Shown here piece by piece: positions 13,060 through 24,834 of a DNA stretch of 63,653 bases (the stretch's first letter is position 1; every line of letters begins with the position of its first letter). Source of the DNA: Chiloscyllium plagiosum (taxonomy: Eukaryota); assembly GCF_004010195.1 (NCBI RefSeq), contig NC_057754.1, positions 2,667,498 through 2,731,150 on the forward strand, given 5' to 3'. The notes under the pieces are model-generated. The model was not told the origin of the DNA. It saw only the letters and a list, made by a program, of their open reading frames with translations, and did not search any database. The position numbers and the translations under genes are program-made.

Positions 13060-13325
13060 AATTGGAGGGGTCAGCGCTGAGGGAGCAGGCGCACCAGAGG
13101 GTCAGCACTGCACCATTGGATGAGGTGACTTTCAGATGGGACAGTCAGCGAAGGAAACCGCCCCCATCCCCCCAAAAAAAGAACATGACCTCGGTCATTC
13201 ACACTGCTGCTGCGTGACAGTTGGCCGCAACGACCGAAGTGGCCTCAGTTCAAAAAGGGAAGTGATTTGTTGGCCGTGAGGTTCCGGGATGGTGAAAGGC
13301 GCTAGGGAAATGCAAATCTTCTCTC
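13060..13325 (+). mobile_element. Degenerate SacSINE1/Deu-domain SINE
   Basis: gctgagggagc...ctttcagatg...gtgaaaggcgctagggaaatgcaaatcttc resembles the DeuSINE core and L2-type tail. Confidence 0.5.
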
Positions 13326-13510
13326 TGCCCTCGGTCCTTCAGGCTCTCTCTTGGTTTTGTAACGAGCGAGGGGTGCACTCTCCAACTCCCTGCCTCTGGA
13401 AGCCCCATGCTTCATCATCGAAACACCCCACCCCCCCCCCCACCGCCAGGGACTGGGGTGATTGCAGCCACATGGTACCACCGCCGCACCCTGGCACCGG
13501 TCCTCCTTAC

Positions 13511-13651
13511 CTCTTGATGCCCACCCTGGTCTCCGAGAGAAGGGACTGACAGAACGAGCTGAGGCCGACTCGCAGGAGGCAGCCAGCGACCAGTAGGAGG
13601 AAGAGGAAGACGCCTGCTGTCACCAGACAGGCTGTGAGCCATCGTAAGCCC
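13511..13651 (-). CDS. TMEM179B: TMEM179B exon 3
   Basis: Acceptor ctcag, donor gtaagg; 141 nt, phase 2 to 2. Encodes GLRWLTACLVTAGVFLFLLLVAGCLLRVGLSSFCQSLLSETRVGIK (TM helix, LRxG motif). Confidence 0.92.
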
Positions 13652-13934
13652 CTGAGCATCCAAAACACAAACAGAGTCTCAGTGTGACCAGCCATCTCTC
13701 TGCACTACCCCATTCCCCCACCACAGTCTCACCCCATCGCTCCCCATTCCCTCAGTCTCTCCCTCCATCCCCAGTCTCACCCCCACACAGGCACCTCTTC
13801 CCCATGTCCATCTCTCCACCCCCACCCAACCCTGTCCTTCTTCCTCATCTCCCACCCCCGACAGGTCGCAGGTCAAAGGTGATCGATTCTGCAGATCAGA
13901 GACAGATCAGATCAGTTTAGGACAACGTTCCCTG

Positions 13935-14305
13935 GAGTTCAGAAAAACGAGGGGGTCATCTCATAGAAACTTATAAAATTCTAACAGGACTAGACAGGGT
14001 CAACACAGGAAGGATGTTCCTGGTGACCCAGGGGCTCACACTCTACAAAAGGCTGTTTTAGACTGAGATTCGAAATTTCTTAACCTGGGGAGTGGGGAGC
14101 CTGCGAGACTCTCTGCCACAGAAAGGAGTTGAAGATGAAACATTGAATGTTTTCAAAGAGGAGTTTGATCCTTTTAGCCTGAAGGACTCTCTCAGGAATA
14201 TGGAGCACAGGGTGGGCGGGGAAAATCAGGAACAGGGACTGAGTTGGACGATCAGCTCTGGCCATGTTGAATGGGAGTAGCAGGCCCAAGAAGCTGAATG
14301 GCCTC
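13935..14305 (+). mobile_element. CR1 LINE 3' fragment
   Basis: ctcatagaaacttataaaattctaacaggactagacagg; tail gctgaatggcctcctcct. Confidence 0.7.
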
Positions 14306-14738
14306 CTCCTCCTCCTCCTCTCTTAGTTTACTAATATCGATCAATCCTCACCCCAACTCCGTTAAAGACCCTGGCTGTAGCCTGCACTCCAGTTTGCCCC
14401 GCTGCGACGTGGGGGGAAAACGTGCATTGCTATAGCGCCATCGGAAGGAAGTTGGGCGACCACGTGACGGCCTCACCTCGTCAAGAGCCGATCCCGGTCG
14501 GATTTAAAGGGCACCTTTTTGGGGGTGTGCGGGAGCTCTACCAGAGGGAGTGTTATCAAGAGGACACCCAGATGTCAGGGAGGGGGCTTCCTCTCAGTGG
14601 GTGGAGGCAAGCTCCAGGAAACCGGTGCACTGCATCGCGCAGTTGGCAGCCAAGGGAGGGATTTGGAGTACATCTCCCCAGGGGGTCTTCCACCATGGAC
14701 GGTCTACCACGAGTGGGCACAGTGGCTCCAACACTCAC

Positions 14739-14932
14739 CTGTCTGTTTCCTCAATGAAGCTGCTGTAGATGAAGTAGAAGACAGTGCAAAAACAATAGAT
14801 GGCGACGCCCACCGAGACAGCACTGACGAAGCCGCAGAGGGTGACACTGCCAAATTGCTCCACCACCAGGGATTTTGCCGTGGAGTTGTACTTAGCCACG
14901 CCGTAGAGGATACAACCAGAGCCAAACTCTCC
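14739..14932 (-). CDS. TMEM179B: TMEM179B exon 2
   Basis: Acceptor tttcag, donor gtgagt; 194 nt, phase 0 to 2. Encodes GEFGSGCILYGVAKYNSTAKSLVVEQFGSVTLCGFVSAVSVGVAIYCFCTVFYFIYSSFIEETD(R), like human GSFSGRCPLYGVA...FWIYSSCIEDSHR. Confidence 0.92.
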
Positions 14933-15049
14933 CTGAAACCAGAGCACAGGCATAGGGATCACAGACTCCAACCAGGAGCCCCCTTCACCCCAGAGACCAA
15001 CACCAAGACGAAAGAGGAACCAGCGCTCACCATCTTCACCTTGCCCAAA

Positions 15050-15620
15050 CAGCACCCCATCCCCTACCAACCCGTCTCCAACCAAGCAATGCCCCAAACC
15101 ACCCCTCCCAAATCCCCAGCCAACTACGACCCCCAAATCCTCAACCAATGCCCGCCAACGTTGACCCACAAACCCTCAACCGATGCCCCTCACCAAACCT
15201 CAACCAACCTTGGCCCCCCCCAAAGTCCCTCACTACTCCCCTCATTCTTCAGCCANNNNNNNNNNNNNNNNNNNNNNNNNNNNNNNNNNNNNNNNNNNNN
15301 NNNNNNNNNNNNNNNNNNNNNNNNNNNNNNNNNNNNNNNNNNNNNNNNNNNNNNNNNNNNNNNNNNNNNNNNNNNNNNNNNNNNNNNNNNNNNNNNNNNN
15401 NNNNNNNNNNNNNNNNNNNNNNNNNNNNNNNNNNNNNNNNNNNNNNNNNNNNNNNNNNNNNNNNNNNNNNNNNNNNNNNNNNNNNNNNNNNNNNNNNNNN
15501 NNCCCTAGCCAAGCCTCCTCCCCCAAATCCCCTCACCAACCCCCCCCATTCCCTAGCCAAGTGTCCCCTCTCCCAAACCAATGCCCCTCACCAACCCCCA
15601 AAACCCCAACCAATCCCCCT
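15050..15620. repeat. C/A-rich low-complexity repeat spanning an N-gap
   Basis: Recurring ccccaaacc / aatgcccctcaccaa motifs on both sides of gap 15256-15502. Confidence 0.6.
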
Positions 15621-17117
15621 CTGAGTGTGGAGACTGAGGGAGCACTAGGCCATGGGTGGGGGGCGTGGCCGAGCAGTGGCCTTGTCAAGGTGGTAGAGGC
15701 TGCAGGCTTGGACGGATCTCTCCAGGCCACTTGCTGCATTAAACAAGCTCAGGGGAAGTTTACAACATTAAAGGCCAGAGCTACATCAACGGATGTTACT
15801 TATTTGTCGTGCGAGCTTGCTGCGTGCAAATGAAACCATTTTAATCAATTGATAAATCCACAGACCATGCAAAGGCACTATACAATTTCAAGTCCTGTGT
15901 TTTTGGGGACACGGTGTTATCCAGAACATTTATCAAGAGAGCGCAAGGCAAACAAAAAATCTCAAATCATGAGATCTATCAGGAGACATGCATAATTTCA
16001 TTAATATTCCCAGGGATCGGAGAGAAAGAGAGCAGTAGCAAGGAAGAGGGTGGGGAAAAAAAAAAAAAAGTGTGGGGGCAGTCACAGGGAAGAGGTCTCA
16101 CAACAACTGAGGTGTTGGTGGGGGGGGGGGTGGAGTGGGGAAGAGGCAGAGACAGAGAGCCAGGGGTTGTGGGGGTAGAGGGGAGCACTGACATAGCTGA
16201 CTGACAATCCTGTGTCATCAGGAATGAAACTTCCACCTTGGAAAAACCAGTGGTCTTTGTATCTGGGATACTGCCTACCCACCTCAGCACCAGGATTGAG
16301 AGAGACACAGTGAGAGATCCTGGTAGTCTGTCAAGTCCTCACCTGTACCCCTCACAGCATACCCTTCATTGTAAAAATCACACACCTTCGCACAGGGAGA
16401 GATAACAATTGGGTCCCCACTCACCAAACCTTCCGACAGCTCCTTCAAAACCCAAGAGCTCTACCATCTGGAAGGACAAGGGTAGGGGATACATGGGAAC
16501 ACCACACCCCCTGCAAGTTCCCCTCTGAGCCACTCACCATCCTGGCTTGGAAATCCTTTGCCGTTCTTTCAGTGTCACTGAGTCAAACAGCCTGGTGGTA
16601 TTATTGCTGGACTGTTNNNNNNNNNNNNNNNNNNNNNNNNNNNNNNNNNNNNNNNNNNNNNNNNNNNNNNNNNNNNNNNNNNNNNNNNNNNNNNNNNNNN
16701 NNNNNNNNNNNNNNNNNNNNNNNNNNNNNNNNNNNNNNNNNNNNNNNNNNNNNNNNNNNNNNNNNNNNNNNNNNNNNNNNNNNNNNNNNNNNNNNNNNNN
16801 NNNNNNNNNNNNNNNNNNNNNNNNNNNNNNNNNNNNNNNNNNNNNNNNNNNNNNNNNNNNNNNNNNNNNNNNNNNNNNNNNNNNNNNNNNNNNNNNNNNN
16901 NNNNNNNNNNNNNNNNNNNNNNNNNNNNNNNNNNNNNNNNNNNNNNNNNNNNNNNNNNNNNNNNNNNNNNNNNNNNNNNNNNNNNNNNNNNNNNNNNNNN
17001 NNNNNNNNNNNNNNNNNNNNNNNNNNNNNNNNNNNNNNNNNNNNNNNNNNNNNNNNNNNNNNNNNNNNNNNNNNNNNNNNNNNNNNNNNNNNNNNNNNNN
17101 NNNNNNNNNNNNNNNNT

Positions 17118-17470
17118 TATAACTGTCTCTGACAGACCAGAGATTCACAGTACAGTCCAGTTATAATGTATCTGTCAGAGCAGAGGGACACAGTACATTC
17201 TGGTTATCATGTGTCTGTCAGGGAAGTGGGACACAGTACAGTCTGGTTATAACGTATCTGTTAGAGCAGAGGGACACAGTACAGTCTGGATGTAGTCAAG
17301 TGTGTCTGAAAGGATGGATATGGTACAGTTTGATCGTTGACCACATTTGGCAGAGCAGAGGAATACAGCATACACACTTTGATAATAACTATCTGTCAGG
17401 GTGGATGAGTACTGTACATTCTGGTTATAATCAAGTGTGTCTGAGCAGAGGGATGCCATAGTCAGGTATT
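17118..17470 (+). repeat. 43-bp minisatellite next to a gap
   Basis: Unit ttataatgtatctgtcagagcagagggacacagtacagtctgg, starts at 17161, 17204, 17247. Confidence 0.8.
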
Positions 17471-17807
17471 ATGGTAAAATTAAAACAAAAAAAACTGAGG
17501 ATGCTGGAAATCAAAACCAAAATCAGAAAATGCTGGAAAAACTGTGTTCATCTAGCAGCAACTGTGGAGGGAAAGCAGAGTTAACTTTTTGGGTGCAGCG
17601 ACCCTTCTTCAGAACAGCTTGAGAGAAAGTGCCTCAATTAGGGAATGGTAAAGTTGCTTCAAAAAGGACAAGTAATAAATTGTCAGGAGTTTCTTCACTA
17701 ATTTTTGCAAAGGCTAAACGAAATGTGCAGGTTAGGTAGGTTAGCCAGGCTAAATTGCCCCATAGTGTTTGGGAATATATGGCTTCGGTGCATCTGTCAG
17801 CGGTAAA

Positions 17808-18050
17808 TAGAGTCATAGAGATGTACAGCATGGAAACATACCCTTCGGCCCAACCCGTCCATGCTGACCCAGATATCCCAACCCAATTTAGTCCCACCTG
17901 CCAGCACCCGGCCCATATCCCTCCAAACCCTTCCTATTCATATATCCATCCAGATGCCTCTTAAATGTTGCAATTGTACCAGCCTCCACCACTTCCTCTG
18001 GCAGCTCATTCCATACACGCACCGCCCTCTGTGTGAAAATGTTGTCTCAT
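17808..18050 (-). mobile_element. CR1 3' fragment inserted in an HE1 SINE remnant (17720-18145)
   Basis: CR1 tail tagagtcatagagatg; HE1 core lies upstream and the HE1 tail resumes at ~18070. Confidence 0.7.
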
Positions 18051-18449
18051 CGGTTTCTTTTATATCTTGGATGGGATACTCTTCATAGGTCGGTGTGGAC
18101 ATGTTGGGCCGAAGGGCCTGTTCCCACACTGTAGGGATTCTATGATAGTCAAGGTAAGCCTGGAATTTATTGGAGAATACGCAACAATGTCCCTCAGACA
18201 TTCGACATTGAAGATGGCCTGGCACCTTTCAAAGAAGAGAAGCATGGAATTGTGTTAGTGCCCTGAACAACTTTTATCCCCAAATTAACACCACCAAAAA
18301 AAACACCAACACTTAAACTGATTATTCCTTGGTGGGTGGGGGGGTGGCGGGGGGGTCTCACTGCACACAAAGTGGCTGTTGTACCAACCCAGAACCCAGA
18401 ATAACTCAGAAGAAAGAACACTTAAGTGACAATACCATACACCACTGCT

Positions 18450-18675
18450 GGTAAAAACAATGACTGCAGATTCTGGATCAGTGGTGCTGGAAGAGCACAG
18501 CAGTTCAGGCAGCATCCGAGAAGCAGCAAAATCGGCGTTTCGGGCGAAAGCCCTTCATCAGGACTGCTGCCCTGTTACAGTGCTGAAGAAGGGTTACACC
18601 CGGAACGTTGACTTCCCCACCTCCTGATGCTGCTTGCTTGGCTTGCTGGGGTTTTCCAGCCTCCTGCTTGTTACC
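18450..18675. mobile_element. Two adjacent PLE-derived terminal fragments with hammerhead-like cores
   Basis: CUGAUGA-A-GGGC uuuc GCCC-GAAA on - at ~18535-18561; CUGAAGA-A-GGGU uac ACCC-GGAA on + at ~18583-18611. Confidence 0.65.
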
Positions 18676-18779
18676 TTGTTACAGGCAACTGTTCACAAGA
18701 GCCTACCATTACATACATGGCAATTTCAGTGTTCAAAATTTACATAAAATGGTTGGACAATAAAATTGTTAACTCTCAA

Positions 18780-19505
18780 ATGCAATTACTTTGAAATGAT
18801 GATTGTTGTGGCCCCGGAAAACATACAGAATGATGTCACAAACTGTAATGAAATTAATTTACCAGTTACTTCTTTCCTCAATGCTATTTGAAGTGGGGAG
18901 GAAGTTTGTTGAAGAGAACCCCTCGCTGTTCTCCTCTGGAAAAGATAGATGAGGGCTTGGTTTAAATATCTCACCTGAAAGATGGTACTTTCCTCGGTGC
19001 CACACACCTTCAGTACCGTACACAAGTTCCAGCCTAGGTCATAGAGTCATACAGAACGGAAACAGGCCCTTCGGCCCAACTTGTCCATGCCAACCACGTT
19101 TTCTGAACAGAACTAGACCCATTTGCTTGCTTTTGGCCCATATCCCTCAAAATCTTTCCTAACCATGTACTTGTCCAAATATCTGTTAAAACGTTGTGGC
19201 TGTACCTGCCTGTACCACTTCCTCTGGCAGCTCATTAAATGTACGCACCACCCTCTGTGTGGAAAAGTTGCCCCTCGGGTCCCTAAACGTATGCCCCTCT
19301 AGGTTTGGACTCCCCTAACCTGGGGAAAAGATTTTGGCTATTCAGCCATATCCATGCTCCTCATGATTTTATAAACCGCATTAAGGTCACCCCTCAGCCT
19401 CCAACACTCTAGAGAAAAAAGGGACGTTGATGTGATTGAGTTCTGGAGTGGGGCTCAACCACATGACCAGCCGATACAAGGGTGAGCGTGATGCTAACTG
19501 AGCCT
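18780..19505 (-). mobile_element. SacSINE1/Deu-domain SINE split by a CR1 fragment (19038-19420)
   Basis: tRNA-like head at 19440-19505 (ggctcagttagc...gagccccactccag on -); Deu core ctttcaggtgagatatttaaacc at ~18960. Confidence 0.55.
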
Positions 19506-19622
19506 TATAGAGGATTGCTGCGGTAAATATTGAAATGTTCGCAAAGACTTTGCCTGAAAACATGAAGGAAAGAGACAGCCGCATCATTTCATCTGCAGCT
19601 TTTGGTTTTTTGCCTCAGTAGA

Positions 19623-19898
19623 GTTAGATTCCCTACAGTGTGGAAAGAGGCCCTTCGGCCCAACCAGCCCTCCCAAGAGTTTCCCACCCCCCCCTCTAAC
19701 TAATGCACCTAGTACTATGGGCAGTTTAGCATGGCCAACTCACCTGACCTGAACATCTTTGGAGCATGGGAGGGAGGAAACCCACACAGACACGGGGGGG
19801 GGGAACATGCAAACTCCACACAGACAGTCACCCGAGGCTGGAATCGAACCTGGGACCCTGGTGCTGTGAGGCAGCAGTGCTGACCACTAAGCCACCGT
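19623..19898 (-). mobile_element. HE1-type V-SINE
   Basis: Head, V-core and tail. Confidence 0.85.
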
Positions 19899-20281
19899 GT
19901 TCTGTTGCCCTGTCCTGCCGATGGCGCACAGCCCAGCCACATCTCTTTGATAGTGAAGCAGTTGGATTTTGGCGCTTAACAGGTCAACCTCATAAAATCC
20001 ATTGAATTGTAAGCTTTTGGCTGTGGCAAGTCTGAGAGTGACATTTGCGGCTACTCTGGCCAGTAGGAATGGCTGTAATAGTCCATCACAGGGCGAACGT
20101 GGGCACTGCACAACACAATGGTGCCAAGACACAGCAAATAAGGCCGAGTATCCCCGAGCATTACCATTTGCCATTTCTCTGTGCTAGAAGACCGATGAAC
20201 TGAAGCACCACAGGTGGAGAATAGACGTGGTGGGCAGCAATCTCTATCAACACCAGTTGTTTTTAACCCTAAGCTATTAAG

Positions 20282-20489
20282 GAGAAAGTGAGGTCTGCAG
20301 GTGCTGGAGATCAGAGCTGAAAATGTGTTGCTGGAACAGCGCAGCAGGTCAGGCAGCGTCCAGGGAACAGGAGAATCGACGTTTCGGGCATAAGCCCGAT
20401 TCCTGAAGAAGGGCTTATGCCCGAAACGTCGATTCTCCTGTTCCCTGGATGCTGCCTGACCTGCTGCGCTGTTCCAGCAACACATTTTC
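20282..20489. mobile_element. PLE-derived fold-back (family 1) with 17-bp TSD
   Basis: Near-perfect inverted arms; TSD aaccctaagctattaag 20265-20281 / aaccctacgctattaag 20490-20506. Confidence 0.85.
20400..20432 (+). ncRNA. Minimal type I hammerhead ribozyme motif (family 1)
   Basis: UUC-CUGAAGA-A-GGGC UUAU GCCC-GAAA-CG-UC-GA: intact core, 4-bp stem II, palindromic ACGU stem III. Confidence 0.7.
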
Positions 20490-21055
20490 AACCCTACGCT
20501 ATTAAGCCACACACAGTCTGGTCTTTGTTGGATGTGACCCATTACTGCATTAAGTTTACTTGAATTTTCAGAAGGCATTTAATGTAGCTCGCATGTGAGG
20601 CGTTTTGAGAAGGTGGTACTGATGAAAATTACACACAGATTCAACGAATTGCAAATGGAGGATGATAAATGGGTTGCATTAGCCGGGAATCAGCATTGAC
20701 AACAAACTACACTGGCTGAGACTCTCTGACTGCATGGCTCAATTCCACACTCACCAACTAGGCCATCCAGAAACTCCCCTTATTGATAATTAGGTGGCTT
20801 AACAACAGCGTGAAGTCAGCTACAGCCATAGCCCCATGTAGTGGTCCCTGAGGCTGCAAGGACAGTGCTGTGGACATTACAATTCTGCACAGATTGTGGT
20901 CAGGTCTTTGGCATTTTAATATTTACAGATATTAGGAGGAGATTGCTTCCTGTGAAGTTGCATGTTTCACTAGGGTCATCCAAATTATGTGCCCGAGTGA
21001 CAAGTGCATAAAGGTGGACTCAGCGTTAGAAGGATCATAACCAATTAAGTTTTAC

Positions 21056-21352
21056 ATTAGATTACTTACAGCGTGGAAACAGGCCCTTCGGCCCAACAAG
21101 TCCACACCGACCCGCTGAAGCGTAACCCACCCAGATCCATTCCCCTACATTTACCCCTTCACCTAACACTATGGGCAATTTAGCATGGCCAATCCACCCT
21201 AACCTGCCCATTTTTGGATTGTGGGAGGAAACCCACGCAGACACGGGGAGAATATGCAGACTCCAGACAGAGAGTCGCCTGAGGCCAGGAATTGAACCCG
21301 GGTCTCTGGCGCTGTGAGGCAGCAGTGCTAACCACTGGGCCACCGTGCCGCC
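21056..21352 (-). mobile_element. HE1-type V-SINE
   Basis: Full-length. Confidence 0.85.
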
Positions 21353-22144
21353 AAACGTAGATAAGCAAAACGAAAAGTATTGATCACCATGGGGGAAAAA
21401 AAATAAGAAATAAAGAAAAGAAAATGAGTATCAGAGGTTCTGTTCACTGAGAGTTGACTCTGAGGGAGTGGGATCAGTTAAAAAAAAAGGAAAGTATTGA
21501 TAAACCTTACAGATGGTGAAGGAATTAGGGAATCAGCAATAAAATGGGTGTACCAGTGGCATAAACATCAAAAGAATCGTGGCCCAATTACTGACCATGC
21601 AGTCAGAGGCCCAGAAAAGATAGCGAGTTCAGTTTCTAATGTCTTTGCTGGATGAGCTGTTGGGTAGGAACAAAAAGATTTAACGATTGGGCAATGACTG
21701 TGGGCTAAACAAGGAAGAAATCATCCAGGTTCCAGTCCTAATTAGATCATTCAGCTGAAAGATTGTTTGAATGGAGGGGATCAAACTCAAACAGGCTTGG
21801 AGGTTCTCTTTCAGCAGTTATTCAGCCTGGGGTCAGACTCCAAGCATTAATGACCGTTAACATAACCCAGTAATCCCTTATGATGTTCTTACTGCCATTT
21901 TGCTGGGATCAAATTATGGAAAGGAAATTGATTTGTACATTATATTTCACAACCTCAGGATATCCCGAATAGCTCCATATCCCACGAACTACTTTCAAGA
22001 TGTAGTCACAGTTGTAACGAAGGTAAGAATAGCCATCAGTTTTGGCCCAGGGAGCTCCTACAGAAAAAGTAGGTAATTTATTTTAGTGCTGTTTGTTCAA
22101 AGATAGCTATTGGTCAGATACAACACCCCTGCAGTTTCTTCTAT

Positions 22145-24005
22145 GGACAGGCAGGAGGCTGGAGGAACACAGCAAGGCAGGCAGCGTCAGGAGGGACAGG
22201 CAGGAGGCTGGAGGAACACAGCAAGGCAGGCAGCATCAGGAGGGACAGGCAGGAGGCTGGGGGAACACAGCAAGGCAGGCAGCATCAGGAGGGACAGGCA
22301 GGAGGCCGGGGGAACACAGCAAGGCAGGCAGCATCAGGAGGGACAGGCAGGAGGCCGGGGGAACACAGCAAGGCAGGCAGCATCAGGAGGGACAGGCAGG
22401 AGGCCGGGGGAACACAGCAAGGCAGGCAGCATCAGGAGGGACAGGCAGGAGGATGGGGGAACACAGCAAGCCAGGCAGCATCAGGAGGGACAAGCAGGAG
22501 GCTGGGNNNNNNNNNNNNNNNNNNNNNNNNNNNNNNNNNNNNNNNNNNNNNNNNNNNNNNNNNNNNNNNNNNNNNNNNNNNNNNNNNNNNNNNNNNNNNN
22601 NNNNNNNNNNNNNNNNNNNNNNNNNNNNNNNNNNNNNNNNNNNNNNNNNNNNNNNNNNNNNNNNNNNNNNNNNNNNNNNNNNNNNNNNNNNNNNNNNNNN
22701 NNNNNNNNNNNNNNNNNNNNNNNNNNNNNNNNNNNNNNNNNNNNNNNNNNNNNNNNNNNNNNNNNNNNNNNNNNNNNNNNNNNNNNNNNNNNNNNNNNNN
22801 NNNNNNNNNNNNNNNNNNNNNNNNNNNNNNNNNNNNNNNNNNNNNNNNNNNNNNNNNNNNNNNNNNNNNNNNNNNNNNNNNNNNNNNNNNNNNNNNNNNN
22901 NNNNNNNNNNNNNNNNNNNNNNNNNNNNNNNNNNNNNNNNNNNNNNNNNNNNNNNNNNNNNNNNNNNNNNNNNNNNNNNNNNNNNNNNNNNNNNNNNNNN
23001 NNNNNNNNNNNNNNNNNNNNNNNNNNNNNNNNNNNNNNNNNNNNNNNNNNNNNNNNNNNNNNNNNNNNNNNNNNNNNNNNNNNNNNNNNNNNNNNNNNNN
23101 NNNNNNNNNNNNNNNNNNNNNNNNNNNNNNNNNNNNNNNNNNNNNNNNNNNNNNNNNNNNNNNNNNNNNNNNNNNNNNNNNNNNNNNNNNNNNNNNNNNN
23201 NNNNNNNNNNNNNNNNNNNNNNNNNNNNNNNNNNNNNNNNNNNNNNNNNNNNNNNNNNNNNNNNNNNNNNNNNNNNNNNNNNNNNNNNNNNNNNNNNNNN
23301 NNNNNNNNNNNNNNNNNNNNNNNNNNNNNNNNNNNNNNNNNNNNNNNNNNNNNNNNNNNNNNNNNNNNNNNNNNNNNNNNNNNNNNNNNNNNNNNNNNNN
23401 NNNNNNNNNNNNNNNNNNNNNNNNNNNNNNNNNNNNNNNNNNNNNNNNNNNNNNNNNNNNTCCTCCAGCTTCCTGCCTGTCCCTCCTGATGATGCCTGGC
23501 TTGCTGTGTTCCCCAGCCTCCTGCCTGTCCCTCCTGACGCTGCCTGCCTTGCTGTGTTCCCCCAGCCTCCTGCCTGTCCCTCCTGACGCTGCCTGCCTTG
23601 CTGTGTTCCCCCGGCCTCCTGCCTGTCCCTCCTGATGCTGCCTGGCTTGCTGTGTTCTCCCAGCCTCCTGCCTGTCCCTCCTGACGCTGCCTGCCTTGCT
23701 GTGTTCCCCCGGCCTCCTGCCTGTCCCTCCTGATGCTGCCTGCCTTGCTGTGTTCCCCCAGCCTCCTGCCTGTCCCTCCTGATGCTGCCTGCCTTGCTGT
23801 GTTCCCCCAGCCTCCTGCCTGTCCCTCCTGATGCTGCCTGCCTTGCTGTGATCTCCCAACCTCCTGCCTGTCCCTCCTGGTGCTGCCTGCCTTGCTGTGT
23901 TCCTCCAGCCTCCTGTCTGTCCCTCCTGATGCTGCCTGCCTTGCTGAGTTCCCCCAGCCTCCTGCCTGTCTACTTTGGATTCCAGCATCTGCATTTTTGT
24001 TTTGT
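22145..24005. repeat. 49-bp minisatellite in two oppositely oriented arrays flanking a gap
   Basis: Unit gacaggcaggaggctggaggaacacagcaaggcaggcagcatcaggagg: ~7 copies + (22145-22506), ~10 copies - (23461-23970), then a PLE-type tail ggattccagcatctgca. Confidence 0.85.
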
Positions 24006-24834
24006 CTCAAATCAAGTTCTGCCTATGGAGCCTTGGGGCAGGGGATATATTGAACTGACGGCAGGTGGGACTTCAGTCTCACCACTACTTTCCTGCCCCA
24101 TGAAATCCATCACCGACAGCAGTATAGCAGTCCTTCAGATACTTGACTGGGAAAGTCAGCCTGGATCATATAGGAGGAAGTGGGGACTGCAGATGCTGGA
24201 GATCAGAGTTGAGAGAGTGGTGCTGGAGAAGCACAGCAGGTCAGGCAGCATCCGAGGAGCTGGAGAATCTGGATCACGTGCCTCAAAGTAACGCAGGATG
24301 TGCGACTGAGTCCGTGTTCTTCCGAATCTGTTCGGCTCAGATACTGGTGGTTACCGAGTTCACTCGCCAGCAGAGCCAAGAGAAGGTTCTGATCATGGTG
24401 TAGCATAACCAAAACAAGCTGGATCTTTATCTGGTTGGGAATGAGGTCAAAAGTCATAGGTCAATGCAGGCTGACAAGAGACAATATGCAAAGATGAGCA
24501 ACGAGAAAGTCATTTGTGGAATGCAGTGGGTCAGGAATAAAGAATTTCGCACTGATATCTCAGAGATTGCCACTTTAATTGCTTCACCGCAAGAATAGTT
24601 TAGGGTCTACCTTGTTACTTTGCTTTTCATTAGAAATCTAGAGAACTATCTTTCCCCAACCCCATACGGAGGCTCGGAGATGAATCTCAATGTCGAAACT
24701 GAGCTAGTTAATCCATTATATCAATGGATATAGAAATAAGCAAGTAATTGGAATTAAGAGTGCAGATGAGCCAACACTTAACTGAGTGTCAGAATAACAT
24801 CAAGAAGGAGAAAGATCTCCACCCGTTCTTATGT

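Noticed and set aside
14519..15508. 329-aa + strand ORF
   Set aside because: Antisense shadow of TMEM179B exon 2 plus low-complexity sequence and a gap.
16341..16440. Candidate TMEM179B exon 1 ending CAG/gtgagg on the - strand
   Set aside because: In-frame TGA three codons upstream of the final CAG codon and no hydrophobic helix.
22093..24010. Long ORFs (450-520 aa) and a possible CRISPR-like array
   Set aside because: The ORFs run through Ns and a stop-free 49-bp tandem repeat. There are no unique spacers or cas genes, and the DNA is eukaryotic.
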